A DNA stretch of 63,239 nt, filler included, from Reclinomonas americana ATCC 50394 (GCA_048213135.1; 24 parts of 24 records of this genome joined end to end with filler, not necessarily neighbours in it), one strand, 5' to 3'. Shown: positions 22,294-35,888, numbered from the whole stretch's first letter. A program made the numbers and translations. The notes: generated by a model from the letters alone, not told the origin.

Positions 22294-25200
22294 TCACTTG
22301 GCGCCCACCGTCACCGTCGCCGCCGCTGCGGCTGCTGCTGCTGCTGCTGCCGCCGCCGCCGAAGCCGTCACCACGACGGTTTCCGCTTGCGGCGGTGCCG
22401 GCATGCACGGATGCCAGAACTGGCGCATCTCGTCGTACAATCTCCTCTGCGAGTCGTCCGGCGTCAACTCCAGCGGATCGAATTGCACCACAATGCGACC
22501 CTCTACTTGCTGCTGCAGCACGTCGTTCGGCACCAGCATCACCATGTCGCCCGAGGCGGCAGCCGCGGCCGCGGCACTCGCCGGATCCGCCCCCGGTGAC
22601 ATCATGGCCGCATCGCGACCCATGCCCTCGTCGTCCAAGCCTTCCATGCCCGCCGCCGATGCCGCCACCGCGGCCGCCGCCGTCATCTCCTCCTCAAACT
22701 CAAACACACCCTCGTCGCCGTCCTCGCCGTCGCCGGCATCGACACCCGCCGAATCGTCGTCATTCAAGACGTCGTCGTCGTCGTCATCATCATCATCACC
22801 ACCCGCCATGCGCCCTCGTCGTCGCCGACGTGCGCCCAACGCGGCATCGTCGTCGTCGTCATCGTCGTCGTCGTCATCCGTCACCATGCGCCGCGCACCA
22901 CCCCGCCGCTGTTGCTGCTGCTGTCGCTGCTGCTGCTCCTGCTGCCGGCGATCCATGCAGCAGTCGGCCGACGTGGAGAGCACGCTGGCCGAGGCCGCCG
23001 CCACCACCACGCGCAGATTGTTGCCGACAGCCGCCGTCGCGGCGGAACCGGACGGACCGGCACCGGCGCCGCCAGTCGACGAGCTCGCCCCGAGACGCAG
23101 CTTGGCGGAGAGGTCGGCGGTGAGGTCGGCTTGCGAGGCCGACGACATCATCATGTCGTCGGTGTCGCGGTCGGCGGCGTCGGAGTCTGAGCAGGGAAAT
23201 AAGGGGGAAGGGTGAATAACGGGAACGGGTGGAGAAAGGGAAAGGCGGGTAACAGGGAATTATGGGGAAAGGATGGAGAAAGGGAAGGGTGGAGAAGGGC
23301 AACGAGGGTGAGAAGCCACGAGTGAGAGAGAGAGAGAGCAAGCGGGAGAGAGAAATAGAGTGAGAGAGAGAGAGAAAGAGAGCAGAAGCGAGAGTGCAAG
23401 CACAAGAGAGAACAACAGAAGAGAGAGAGCAAACAGAAGAGAGAGAGCAAACAAGAAGAGAGAGCAAACAGAAGAGAGAGAGCAAACAGAAGAGAGCGAG
23501 CAAACAGAAGAGAGCGAGCAAAAAGAAGAAAGTGAGCAAACAGAAGATAGAGTGAGCATCAAAAGAGAGTGCGCACAAAGATGACAGAAAACAAACAATA
23601 GAGAGAGAGCAAACAGAAGAGAGTGAGCAAACAGACGTGAGTGAGCAAACAGAAGAGAAAGAACAAATAGAAGAGTGAGCAAACAGAAGAGAGTGTGAGA
23701 GAGAGAGAGAGAACAAACAGAAGAGAGTAAAATAAGCAGACAGAAGAGAGTGAGAACAAACAGGGAGAGAGAGAGAGAAAAAACAGAAAAGAGACAGACT
23801 GAAGAGAGAGAGAGAGAGAAATCAAAAGAGTGCGCACATAGAAGACAGAAAACAAACAATAGAGAGCGAGCGAGAGCAAACAGCAGAGAATTAGCAACAA
23901 TAGAGAGTAACAAACAAAAGAGAGTGAGCAAACATAAGGTAGAGAGAAAGCAAACAAAACGGAGAGCAAACCGAAGAGAGGGAGAGAGAGAAAGAGAGCA
24001 ACGAGAGAGTGAGCGAGAAAGACAGTAAACGAAAGACAAAAGAGAGAGAGAGAGAGAGAGAGACTGCACGGGCGCAAAGAATGAAGAACAAAGATCCAGC
24101 AGAGCAGCCTATTACAGAGAATTGACAATCAAATCAACGAGCAACAGCTGAGAGGAATAACAAATGCAGAGACACAGAGAAGGGAAGACTGAGAAATTCA
24201 ACAAACAAAGAAATACCAAACTGGCCGATGAGCGATGACAAGAAAACAGCTTCCTCTCTTCCCCTCTACCCCCTTCCCCTCCACCCTCCCCTCCACCCTC
24301 CCCTCCCCTTCCACCCCCTACCCCTTCTCCCTTCACGCAACTGTGCGGTGACAACGCCCCCTCATGCTGATAGTGATGGCACGGCGAGCGCTGCGGCTGC
24401 GGCTGCAACAAATGCAACCTCGGCGACCGATCAACCGTCATGTTCGCCACGGTCTGGTTGCACGAATCGCGCACGTCGTCAAAGTACGGGTGCGCCAGCG
24501 CCTCGTCCAACCCAATGCGGTCGCGCGGGTGGAACGCCAGCATGCGAGTGAGCAGGTCAATGGCATCGTCGTCCGGTGGGCCCGCCGTCATCGAGTACAA
24601 CGAGAAGGTGTCGAGGGGTGGTGGGAAGGAGTTGGGTCCCGCGTGCATGGGTGCCGAGGGCTGGAAATGGGGAAGGGAAAGGGAGAGGGGAAGAGACGGA
24701 TTAAAAGTGAGTGGGAAAGAAGGCACAGAGAAGAGACAAAGAGGCAAGCACAAGTGCAACGCGAGCAAGAGGCAGAAACGTGAAAACAACATAAATTCAG
24801 AGGTATCCAAGTGAGACACACACTGAGAGAGACAGAGAGACAGACACACAAAGACTGACAGAGAGAGAGAGAGACGCACACAGACTGACAGAGATAGCAC
24901 ACACAGTCTTGTGCTTGTCGTCCTTCTCAACATGTAAATTCTCTCAGTCACTCTTTCGTTCTCTGTGCTTTTCGGCCTCTCCTGTCTCCCCCTTTCCGCC
25001 ATGAGAGACACAGAGACTGAGAGAGACACACACAGAGAGAGACACAGAGAGACAGACACACAAAGACTGACAGAGAGAGAAAGAGAGAGAGAGACGGGAG
25101 ACACACACAGCCCATGTAAATTCTCTCTATCACTCTTTCGTTCTCTGTGCTTTTCTGACTCTCCTGTCTCCCGCTTTCCGCCATGAGAGACACAGAGACT

Positions 25201-27380
25201 GAGAGAGAGACACACATACACACAGACAGACACACAAAGACTGACAGAGAGACAGAGAGAGGCGCACGCAGAGACTGACAGAGAGAGACGGGAGACACAC
25301 ACAGCCTTGTGCTTGTCGTCCTTCTCCACAGGTTGATTCTCTCTATCACTCTGTGCTTCTCTGACTCGCTGGTCTCCCCCTTTCCAGACAGAGGCCTTCT
25401 GCCAATCGTCTATCTCGATTTTTCTTCTCTCACACACTCATTCGTTCTTTGCGCTTCTCCCACTCTTCTATGTCCCTATTTCTCCCTTTCCCACATGAGA
25501 CACACACAAAGACCAACAGACACACACGCACCAGAGACTGACAGAGCAGATATTCACACGAGTAAGACCATGCGCAAATTCCCCCTTTCCCTTCTACCCC
25601 CTTCCCCCTTTTCCCTTCCCCCTATTACCCCTTCTCCTCACCGAGCACGAACTCCTGTTATCCGAGTGGAACGCCCTGGCCGGCACCGACGACGCCAGCA
25701 TCATGTTGGGATGCNNNNNNNNNNNNNNNNNNNNNNNNNNNNNNNNNNNNNNNNNNNNTTAATTAATTAANNNNNNNNNNNNNNNNNNNNNNNNNNNNNN
25801 NNNNNNNNNNNNNNAGAGAGGGAGAGAGGGAGAGAGGGAGAGAGGGAGAGAGGGAGAGAGGGAGGGGGAGAGTGAAACAGAGAGAGGAAGCATGGAAGGA
25901 AAGTGAGCAGAACAGGGCAGAACAGAGGCACGCGAAGCAGGCCAGAGTGCAGAACAGAGGGATGCGGCTCACTGGACATTCGGCCAGTTTCGCTAACTCA
26001 CTGTGTCTTCAACTCACAGAACTAAAAAATGCTGAAAATATGAAGCGCACACAGACCAGGCAGACAAGCGAAAAACAGCAAAGGACAGAGGGTACAAATA
26101 ATGCAAGAACGACAAAGGAATGCAGAGCACAGAGCTATAGAAACAAGCAGGAAGAACAGAGCCAAGCTTGACAGGGTGAACAGCACAGAGAAAATAATAC
26201 ACATAATGCAGAGTGAAGTACAACAGAAAAAGAGAGGAAAGCGAACACAAAGAGAAAGAGAACAAGACAGGAAAGAAAGAAAGAGAAAAGAGAACGCAGA
26301 ACAAGAATAAAGGAAGGATGCATAGCACGTCGGAACAGAGAGTGAGAGAGAGAGAGAGAAAGGGAGCAAATGAGAGAAAGAGAGAAAAAGAAAGAGAAAT
26401 AGAGAAAGAAAGAAAGAAGGAAAGAAGAAGAAGAAGAAAGAAGAGAAGAAAGAAAAAAGAAAGAAGAGAGACAGAGAGAGAAAGAGTGAAAGAAAGAGAG
26501 TAAGAGAGAAATAAAGAGAGAGACTAACTAATAAATGCAGAGCACATCAACTCAAGAGATACAGTCGCAGATTGCAGAGCAGAGACTGCACGGTACAGCA
26601 CAATAAAAAGCGCGGGACTGCACAAAACAAGAACAAATATGCACAGAGCAGAGCGATAAAGCAGAACATCGGCATCGATACCGGCCTTCTGCTCAAGTCT
26701 CTCAACCTCTCTTGTAGGAACTACGCAAATCTCAAGGAAACAAGACCAGCTGGATCCTTCTCCTTCTCTTCCCCTTCCCCCTTCCCCCTTCTCCCTTCCA
26801 TCCCCTTTCTCATCTCACGCACCACAACTTGATGTTCCCATCCGAATCGAGCAACAAATTATCGGGCTTGACATCCCTGTGCACCACCCCACGACTGTGC
26901 GTGTAGCGCAGCGCCAGCAACAACTGGTACATCCACTTGCGTCGGTTGTGGTCGGTCAGCATAAAGTTGCGCGAGTCGGGGATCGACTTTTCGCTCGAGC
27001 CCCCAATCGACAAGTGCCGCGTGTGCTCCAGCACATCCGACAGCGACGTCTCCGCCAACTCAAACGCCATGCACACCGAGTGCCGCAGCGAGTCAATGCC
27101 GGGCACACGAATCACGTCGAGCAGGCGCACGACGTGCGGGTGATCGAGCTGGCGCAGCAGCGTGGCCTCGCGCAGCAGTCGCTTGGCGAGAATGGCGTCG
27201 CGCATCGGGTTCTCGGTGCGCTTAATGGCCACGCGCTTGCCCGTGGTCTTGTCGACGCCGCTCGCCACCAGGCCGAACGCGCCGTGCCCGACAATGCCCT
27301 CCAGTTCGTACGTGTCTAATTGGGGAAGGGAGGAAAGGGGGGAAAGGCGGTGAGCGAGGGGAAGGGTGAAGGGGAAGAGA

Positions 27381-27427
<47 letters not shown>

Positions 27428-28830
27428 CGAGAAACAGAGAGAAAAAGAGACAGAAGGAGACAGGGAGAGAAAGAGAGAGAAAGAGACAGAGAAGGAGACA
27501 GGGAGAGAGAGAAAGAGACAGAAAGAAAGAGAGAAAGACAGAGAACGACAGAGAAAGAAAGAGTAAGACGGAGATAAGACAGAAAGACAGAGAAAAAGAG
27601 ACAGAGAGACAGACAGACAGGAGAAAGAAAGAGAGGGAAGAGACAGTGAAAGAGAGGGACAAAGAGACACACACAGAGAGAGAGAATTACAGAATGATTC
27701 TGTCGGAAACGGGGGATTTGTGGGAGGTGACGGGAATAATACGAAAAGAGACAGCAAAGAGGACATGACAGGAAATGTGCAGCACGANNNNNNNNNNNNN
27801 NNNNNNNNNNNNNNNNNNNNNNNNNNNNNNNTTAATTAATTAANNNNNNNNNNNNNNNNNNNNNNNNNNNNNNNNNNNNNNNNNNNNCAGCACAAGCACA
27901 TACAGACGGAGAGGTAAAGCAAGTGCGTGAATGTGTGAGAGACAAGAGAGATGAGACTCCGAGAGAAGTATGAGAGGACGACAGAAAAAGGACCCGCCAG
28001 CGCGATCATTGATCACCCGCTGACACACAGCGTAACACTTTACACACACGCTCACACAAACACACACACACGCAGCGCGCACACTCCCTCACACAAACAA
28101 ACACGCGTCACCACCACAAAGGGACAAGACAACAGGGAATCCCGCATCTATCACCCTCCCTCCCTTCCCTCTTGCCTCTCTTCCCCTCTTCCTCACCAGG
28201 CAACACCCACTCAGTGGTCGTCAACCGCGTGCTCCGCGCAATGCGCAGCCGATGCTCGAGCTTGAACGTGGCAAAGCGCACGTGCGGACCATCATCGTTG
28301 CGCTGTCTCGAGTGCGCGTGCTTGTTCAACCGCCGATTATGCCCAACTTGCTCATCGTCGTCGTCATCATCATCGTGATCGAGAAGGAGAAGCATACGAT
28401 GCGGATCATTCTCGCTCGCCAACGAGGAGCCAGTGGCGATTGCGACATCACCAACTGACGCACTTGCCACCGCACCACTTGCCGCACTCGCTGTCATCAT
28501 CACTGGTGGAGGCAGTGGCGGTGACACTGCTTGTTGATGTTGATGATGAGTTGCGCGTGATGATGATGATGAGGATCGAACCGTTGCTGCTGTTGTCGCT
28601 GCTGTCGCAGTCGTCGGTGCGGGATATCGCATGTACGTGTCGGTGATCGAGTCTGTTGATCCGCGCGCGTGTGTGTGTGAGTAACAAAGGAACAAACTGC
28701 TATGTGGTGCGCGCGTGCGTGTGTGTGCGAGGAGTATTATAAGGAAGGAAGTAAAATAACCGTCTTTGCTCAAACCGCCCGTCGATGATGAGAGCAGCTC
28801 ATCGTCTTCGTCCATCTGAAACACCTCCAT
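22294..28830 (-). CDS. MAP kinase (CMGC group) with low-complexity N- and C-terminal regions; DFG and activation loop missing in a gap
   Basis: Spliced [109 protein letters not shown] and DLL--ML-F-P--RI----AL-HPY are MAPK hallmarks. Confidence 0.9.
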
Positions 28831-29987
28831 GGTTGATCGCGCTCTGTCACACACACTGACACGGACACTGACACTGTGCACGCGCGTTGCAGCACTCAAT
28901 CTCGCTTTTGTGTCCTGTCTTCTATGCCTTGATTGAGTGGATTGTCGATTTGAGCGACAGGTGCTGATTGCACCAATTCGCTGTCTCGGTGACCAAGTGC
29001 AAAACATCAACACAAACACCAGTCTTGAGGTCTTGGTGCAGCAGTAGGTTCTTGTGATCGAGCTCCGGATCGATATCCGAACAAGTCGAAAAACAGCAAT
29101 CTTCACCCTTGTTGTTCAACAGTGGGGATTTGACGCACTGGCATACTAACAGAGTTTTCTGCGGTCCGTGCACGGCACATCGAATTCTGAAAAAGGCCAT
29201 GGCCAGGGAAACAAAAACGAAAAAAACATTTACAAAGCTGGTTCCGGATTCGAAATGAAAAAAAGCAGGTTTCCACCTCAGAAGTNNNNNNNNNNNNNNN
29301 NNNNNNNNNNNNNNNNNNNNNNNNNNNNNTTAATTAATTAANNNNNNNNNNNNNNNNNNNNNNNNNNNNNNNNNNNNNNNNNNNNCTGGAGCTGGCTCCC
29401 CACGCCTGCTGTAGTGCTCCCCAAGTCCGAGGCCACCTCCTCAATGAAGCCTACGATAATCCCGCCATCACAAAACAGCACTCGGTGCATCGCGGCAATC
29501 GGTTCCACAGTGACCATCCGTCAACATACACACATTCGGGCGGGTGGGTGGGCCACCACGGAAGTGCCAACCAGGTGGCTTGCTCTCGTAAGAGAGGAAG
29601 CCTACAGAAGCAAGGAACTGAAGGAGAGGACACTACAGTTATGGATTGTCCTCGACTTCGTGTTCCGCAGCTCAACACTTCCATCATGTTGTTGTTTGTT
29701 GTTGTTTGTTGTTGTTGCAAAGTACCAAAATACCGGCATTCTGGAGCCAGAAAAAAACGCAACTGCTAGCACTTGGGTGTCAGAAGTGAAAAAATGCTGC
29801 ACGCAGGCAAAAAGCACTGCGATTTTTTGTGCGACGTCGACAGTGCGAAGTGAAATGTCGAGGAGGGTCGGATACGGCTGCGCATTTGAAAGTGGCAATA
29901 TGTTCAGCGGTTGGATACAGCTGATCTGCGCCTTGTCCTACGGAGGGTTAAGGGTCGAGCAACAACAATTCTTTTCACCAGCAAAAA

Positions 29988-30059
29988 AAACAGAACACTT
30001 CATTCACCACAATCATAGTACCTGCATTGCATGTACGTATACAAATCCCTTGCCGACAA
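29988..30059 (+). promoter_or_regulatory. Bipartite conserved upstream element, copy B
   Basis: AACACTTCATTCACCACA (29994-30011), 29 nt, ACAAATCCCTTGCCGACAA (30041-30059), about 135 nt upstream of the ATG at 30193. Confidence 0.45.
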
Positions 30060-30192
30060 ACGAGCAACAGCTTCTTGATGACCACGTTTAACCATATCCA
30101 ACAGCGATTCCACGCCCATGACATCGTTCTTGGCAGAAAGGAATGCCGGTCATGATGTGTCCCCGTCCCCGACATTCATTATTTGATTGTGA

Positions 30193-30344
30193 ATGTTGCG
30201 AGCGAGTTGTGTTGCGCTTGGTGGATTGGTGTGGAAGCCGTTGAAGCGGACGCAGACGAGGCGGCAGAATGAGAAGGCGGCGTTGAAGAGGATGGCGGTG
30301 GTGGAGGTGTGTGAAGGGAGAGGGAGAAGGGAAGGGGTGGAAGG

Positions 30345-30409
<65 letters not shown>

Positions 30410-30552
30410 TGACGACGTGTGTNNNNNNNNNNNNNNNNNNNNNNNNNNNNNNNNNNNNNNNNNNNNTTAATTAATTAANNNNNNNNNNNNNNNNNNNNNN
30501 NNNNNNNNNNNNNNNNNNNNNNTGTGAGGAGAGGAGGAGGAAGGGTAGGGAG

Positions 30553-30618
<66 letters not shown>

Positions 30619-31648
30619 TGCGAACGTGTGTGCTTGTGAGTGAGACTGCATCTCTCGCCGCAACGCACCCTGTGCTCTTTTGTGTGCGAGTTTGCGTGTG
30701 AGTGTGGAGACTTTGCCTCTGTCTCCATAAGCACGCACACTGTGAGAGCCTCTCTGTCTGTGTTCTTCTTTGTGCATGTTTGTGTGAGCGCTCTCCGTCT
30801 TTCACGCATTCACACGCGTGCACACACATACGCACACACATTGTGTGAGAGAGATGAGATGGTGCCTTCTGTGTATGCAAATTTGCGAGTGAGGGATCGT
30901 GCGTCTCCCTCTCTCACACTCTCTCTCCCTCTCTCACTCTCTCTGTTGCACACGCATACGCGTGTATGCTCCTTTGTGTGTAAGTTTGCGTGTGTTTGAC
31001 GGATTGTGCGTCTCTGCAACAGAGGCTTTGCATTCGAATCATCGCACTCTCGTTCGTGAATTCTTTGTGTGAGAGAGGAAGCGAGAGAGCTTGTGCCTCT
31101 CTTCTGCGTGTTTCTTTGTGTGCACTGTGGGTGCTTGAGTGTGAGTGAGGGTGCGTATCTCTCTCTCTCTCTCTCTCTTTCTCTCTCACACATTCACCGT
31201 GTGTCTGTCTCCCGCAACTCGTGTCTTAGCGTGCAGATGAGAGATTGTGTGCCTCTCCCTCTCGCTCTCCCTCTCTTTGCACACTCGCACATTCCGTTGT
31301 GCAAAACAGTTCCATTTTCTGTATCGCATGTGAGGCATTGTGCGTCGCTCTCTCTCACGTCTCATACACGTGCATTTGTCTCTGTCTAAAGAGTGCAAGG
31401 GAAGCTGTGCACTCTCGTTCTTGCATTCTTTGCGCAAGTGCGCCTCATTCTCTCTTCGCGTGTCTTCATATGCCCTCGAGAGCGACGTGACGCTTGCAGA
31501 CCATGAGTTTGTGCACTCTCTCGCTCTCTTGTCATCCACTCTTTCCCTTCTTTATTCCCCTTCTCCTGACACGCTCTTCCCCCTCCTGCAGCAACTCGTC
31601 CGCGACCTCAAGAGCAAGACCGCCAAGCAGACTCAGTCCGCCAAATAA
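30193..31648 (+). CDS. 56-aa basic protein, probable mitoribosomal mL60 (yeast MrpL31)-like
   Basis: Exons 30193-30306 and 31592-31648 (both phase 0) give MLRASCVALGGLVWKPLKRTQTRRQNEKAALKRMAVVE-QLVRDLKSKTAKQTQSAK. GGLVWK plus a basic helix resembles the GGLLWK N-terminus of mL60. A gap lies inside the intron. Confidence 0.5.
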
Positions 31649-31758
31649 AAAACACCCACACGACGCAGTCCACGGTTCGCACACGCGACACCGTGGCACG
31701 CTTTTATAGAAACCCCTCGCGAATCATAATGTGCTGTTTTTTTCATTGATGTTGTACG

Positions 31759-32268
31759 TTATTGCAAAGACCCGCTTGCATTGTCGCCCTCTGCCACTAC
31801 CGCTGTCGCGTCAGCCACCGCCGCAGTCGACGAAGAAGAAGAGGAGGAGGGGGACGAAGAAGAGGCGCCCGCCGGCAACAAAGCGCCAACGGATTCGCCT
31901 TCTGAGCCACCACCGACCTCCACCACTGCCACAGCGGCAGTGGCCGCCGGTGCCACCACTGCGGGAGCCGCAAGTCTCGGTGTGAGCGGCGATTCGGCAG
32001 CCGAGGAAGAGGAGGCCGGCGTGACTGCGGCCGAAGCTGCCGTCGCAACCGCTGCCGCTGCTGCTGCTGCCGCCGCCGCAGTCACCGCCATGCGGTGCTG
32101 GTGATGCGGCCCGTTGCCACGCGCCGACGACGGCGACGATGGTGACTGCTGCTGCTGTTGCAGTGGCGGCGCAAACCGACGACCGGAGAAGGCGCTGACG
32201 TGCCCGCCCGGCGACGGTCGCGGCGTGTGCTCCGAGTCCGTCGAGCAAAATCCGCTCTCCGTGGCGTC
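31759..32268 (-). CDS. Low-complexity terminal exon (Ala/Ser/Gln-rich) of an unidentified gene
   Basis: Open from the contig edge: DATESGFCSTDSEHTPRPSPGG..QQQQQ..AAAA..SGSLQ then TAA; GC-rich, coding-like composition. Confidence 0.55.
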   Translation of the reverse strand, partial: DATESGFCSTDSEHTPRPSPGGHVSAFSGRRFAPPLQQQQQSPSSPSSARGNGPHHQHRMAVTAAAAAAAAAAVATAASAAVTPASSSSAAESPLTPRLAAPAVVAPAATAAVAVVEVGGGSEGESVGALLPAGASSSSPSSSSSSSTAAVADATAVVAEGDNASGSLQ

Positions 32269-33747
32269 NNNNNNNNNNNNNNNNNNNNNNNNNNNNNNNN
32301 NNNNNNNNNNNNTTAATTAATTAANNNNNNNNNNNNNNNNNNNNNNNNNNNNNNNNNNNNNNNNNNNNAAGGAAGGGGTGAAGGGAAAGGGGATAAAGGG
32401 AAAGGGGGATAAAGGGAAAGGGGGATAAAGGGAAAGGGGGATGAGATGGGGAAGGAAAGGGAAGGGCACGGACGGAGGGAGACACAATGGCCGCAAGTCG
32501 CAAAGTGTGGAGACAGAGGCGGACGATGCACGAGAGACCACGTACGCGCGACTATGCAAGTTTGAGGCAAGGGAGCAAAAAAGGAAGCGAGACTTCAAAG
32601 GATGAAGGATGAGAGGCAAAGAGGGCATGAGAGCAGTCACAAACGGCACAGCGCAGGCTACAAGGAAGCGACAGGGAGCGGGAAAGAAGCAGTGAGAGTA
32701 CGTAGGGGACAGGGCGGCGACAGAGATGAGGAGACAATGCAATGGCATTGAGCAGGAGAAAAGGTAGCGACAGAGAGCAGGAAACAAGGCAGCGACAGAG
32801 AACAGGAGACACTGCAGCGACAGAGAGCAGGAGAAAAGGTAGCGACAGAGAGCTGGGGACAAGGCAGCGACAGAGAGCTGGGGACAAGGCAGCGACAGAG
32901 AGCAGGAGACAAGGCAGCGACAGACAGCGGGAGACAAGGGAGCGACAGGAGAAGCCACAAGGAGACAGGCATATCAAACTGTGAGAATCAGACAAGGCGT
33001 CGAAAACGAAACACCAGAGCGCTCATGAGACCATGCAAAGACTCGGCGATGAGGACAGTGTCACTTTGCTTCACACAAAGGAGGACAAGAGTGAACGAAA
33101 ACAAAGAAGAACATGAAGTACAAGCACAGTTCTTGGAGAGAGAGGGAGAGAGAGAATGAGAGGCGAGCAGCACACAAATCGACAACAGACTGAGACGATG
33201 AACAAATGCAGTTTGCAATGTACTAATCGCAAAACACAACACAAATGTGCTCGTGGACAAAAACAATGGCATGAGCATTCAACACAGGAGAAGAGACATC
33301 AAACAACGACACTGAAGGCGGCGAACTGCACAACATGCCAAGGAATAAATGCACTCAAATCAAACGGGAGTGAGGCGGCGGCACAACAGAGAAGATCTCT
33401 CGAATCAAACGGAACGACAGGCGGCGACAGACATCTCGAACGACGCTCAAAAGGGGGGAACACTTCATGTCAACAGGAGAGAGCGACAGGCAGCGGCAGT
33501 CGCCTCGGCGCGACAGAGAACACCAAGCACACACAAGGAAGAAGAGCACTCAAACTTTACGCACAGATCACAGGGGGAGAGCAGAACAACAAACACACCA
33601 GAAAGCGCACTTGAATCAAGCAAAAAGACCACGCCACACAAGACTGATCAAATCAGTGACAGTGAGAGCACAAGACACAAACACAAACCAATCCTGTTGC
33701 CCCCTCCCTCTTTTCCCTCTCTATCCCCTCTCCCTCTCGAGACTCAC

Positions 33748-34017
33748 CAGTAGTAGTGGCGCCACGCAAAGGTCTCCTTGACGTGACCCTTGGACACGAG
33801 CGAGCGCATCACGAGCATCACAAAGAGGTTCGGGACCGGCACGTCGGCGTGCTGAGTCGTCAGTGACTTGTCCTTCTTGGCCACCATGACGCCCTCTGCA
33901 TCGACACCATTTCAGTCACATGGCTGGGCGCGAACAGCGAGATCCCCATGAGCAGCACTCACCCTGGAAGAGGTACTCATAGACGGCTCGCTTTTGGGCC
34001 TTGGTGATGTGCACCAT
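33748..34017 (-). CDS. RPS10: 40S ribosomal protein eS10 (first two exons; remainder beyond the gap)
   Basis: [57 protein letters not shown] is a clear S10/plectin domain; GTGAGT donors. Confidence 0.95.
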
Positions 34018-34888
34018 TGTTGAGGAAGTGAATTAGCCGGGCTCTGTGTGGAGAAGGCATGTGAGACCGCCATGTCGTAGAACACACGCACGCGCGCGCA
34101 CGTGCACTCTCCACCCAGAGTCAAGAGTTACAAAGGAGGAACAGGAGCGCAGACAGGCAGTGCTTGACAGTCACGTATGCGCAAGGCGCAGAGGGGCGAA
34201 GAAGTGAGATGATTTCGTGAAATAATCGACCAAGTGAACCACTCTCTCTCCTCGGTTGCTCACTCTCTCTCACACATAGTCTACACTATGCACAGAGAAG
34301 CAGCGCGCTCGCGGCACACAGAGAGCGTCATGATGGGCGAGTGGGGACGAGCGACATGCTGACTCTTGCTGACTCACACACGCACGAAGGAGGAGAAGGC
34401 AGATCACAACACAGCGCACTGACGCCACAACACACTGAGCAACAGCAAGACACGCAGAGAACAAGACGCCGCACAACAGACGGGCGGCGTGTGAGTCAAG
34501 GCATGTGCGCTCACTCCTCCAAAATACACACTCGCACTCTCGCTCATTCTCTCACACGCACAGCGTCTGCGTGCCACCCTCGCTATACACACACGCACAT
34601 CACACACAAGAGACATGGACACACAAGATCAAGGGGGCGCGCGCACAAAGAGCACATGCACATCACATGTCACTCGACCACACTCTCCACAGCGGATTCC
34701 CCACGTCTTTCATGCACACAGCGGCATGTACACACACGCCACGCTACAACATCTCTGATATCAACGCGACGTTGAGCCCGATCGCTGCTCACCTGGAAAA
34801 GGCTTTGGAGTGAGAGAGAGATCAGTCGATTGGAACGGAGCAGTGGACACACAACGCCTGTGCAAATCACAACGCGCGCGCGAATTCC

Positions 34889-35512
34889 ATGGCTTCCCCG
34901 CCACCGACCTCCACTTCCTCGCGCCTCGCCGCTCTCCGCTCGCGCGCCACGGCCAATGCCTCCGCTGCATCAGCATCGGGTGCGTTCCGAACCTCTGCAC
35001 GTCGCTCGCGCGTGTCGGACCGCTCCGGCGACGAGGCCGATCTGATCATGAATGCGCCGTACTCGACGGCCAGCGACAGCGATTCGGGCTTTGATGCCGG
35101 TGAGCACAGAGAGATAGATGGCGCGAAAATACATTCTCCCGTGGGAGCTAATTTGGTGCCCTTTTTTTGTGTGTGTTTTTTGCAGATGTGCACCGGTCGC
35201 ATCGGTTGCACTTGGCGTTTACGGGACGTGCGGGGGCGGGTGCGGCGGCGAGTGACAAGTCGCGTGGTGAGTTTTTGTGCATGTATTTTGACAGAAAAGG
35301 GGGAGGAATGCAAGGACGTCCTTTCTTCACACACACGTGCACAAGAGTTCCCCTTGACTGCATCTCCTGTCTTCATGCCTTCTCTTCTGTTTCTCTTTGT
35401 CTTTCTTTCTCTTTGTCTTCACTTGCTTTCTTCCATAGCAAACGCACTGTCCCCTTCTCCACCCCTACTTGCCTTCTTTTCTCATCATCCCTTTGTCTGT
35501 TCACTCGCTTTC

Positions 35513-35553
<41 letters not shown>

Positions 35554-35824
35554 CTACGTACGTACTACGTACGACGACACGTACTACGACTACGACGTAC
35601 GTACGTACCGTACGTACCGTTCCGTCCTTACCGTTCTTACCGTNNNNNNNNNNNNNNNNNNNNNNNNNNNNNNNNNNNNNNNNNNNNTTAATTAATTAAN
35701 NNNNNNNNNNNNNNNNNNNNNNNNNNNNNNNNNNNNNNNNNNNCCTTCTACTCAACGACGACTACGTCCCGTTCCTTCCTCCCCTACCCTTACTCTCCTT
35801 TCTTTCTTACTCTATCCTTCGTTC

Positions 35825-35888
<64 letters not shown>

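Noticed and set aside
29386..30190. 225-aa ORF at 29414-30091 and its antisense ORFs
   Set aside because: No domain-like content, homopolymer-rich, and it overlaps the non-coding bipartite element.
32369..33747. Intronic snoRNA in RPS10
   Set aside because: No convincing C box/D box pair or H/ACA layout found by eye; needs snoscan or Infernal.
31759..33748. eS10 fused to the low-complexity exon at 31759-32268
   Set aside because: Separated by a gap of unknown size; eS10 normally has a short Arg/Gly-rich tail, so a separate gene is more likely.
35551..35643. TACG-rich runs at contig ends (also 17739-17837 and 35744-35770)
   Set aside because: They follow the TACG flow order and sit next to microsatellites at contig edges; most likely pyrosequencing noise.
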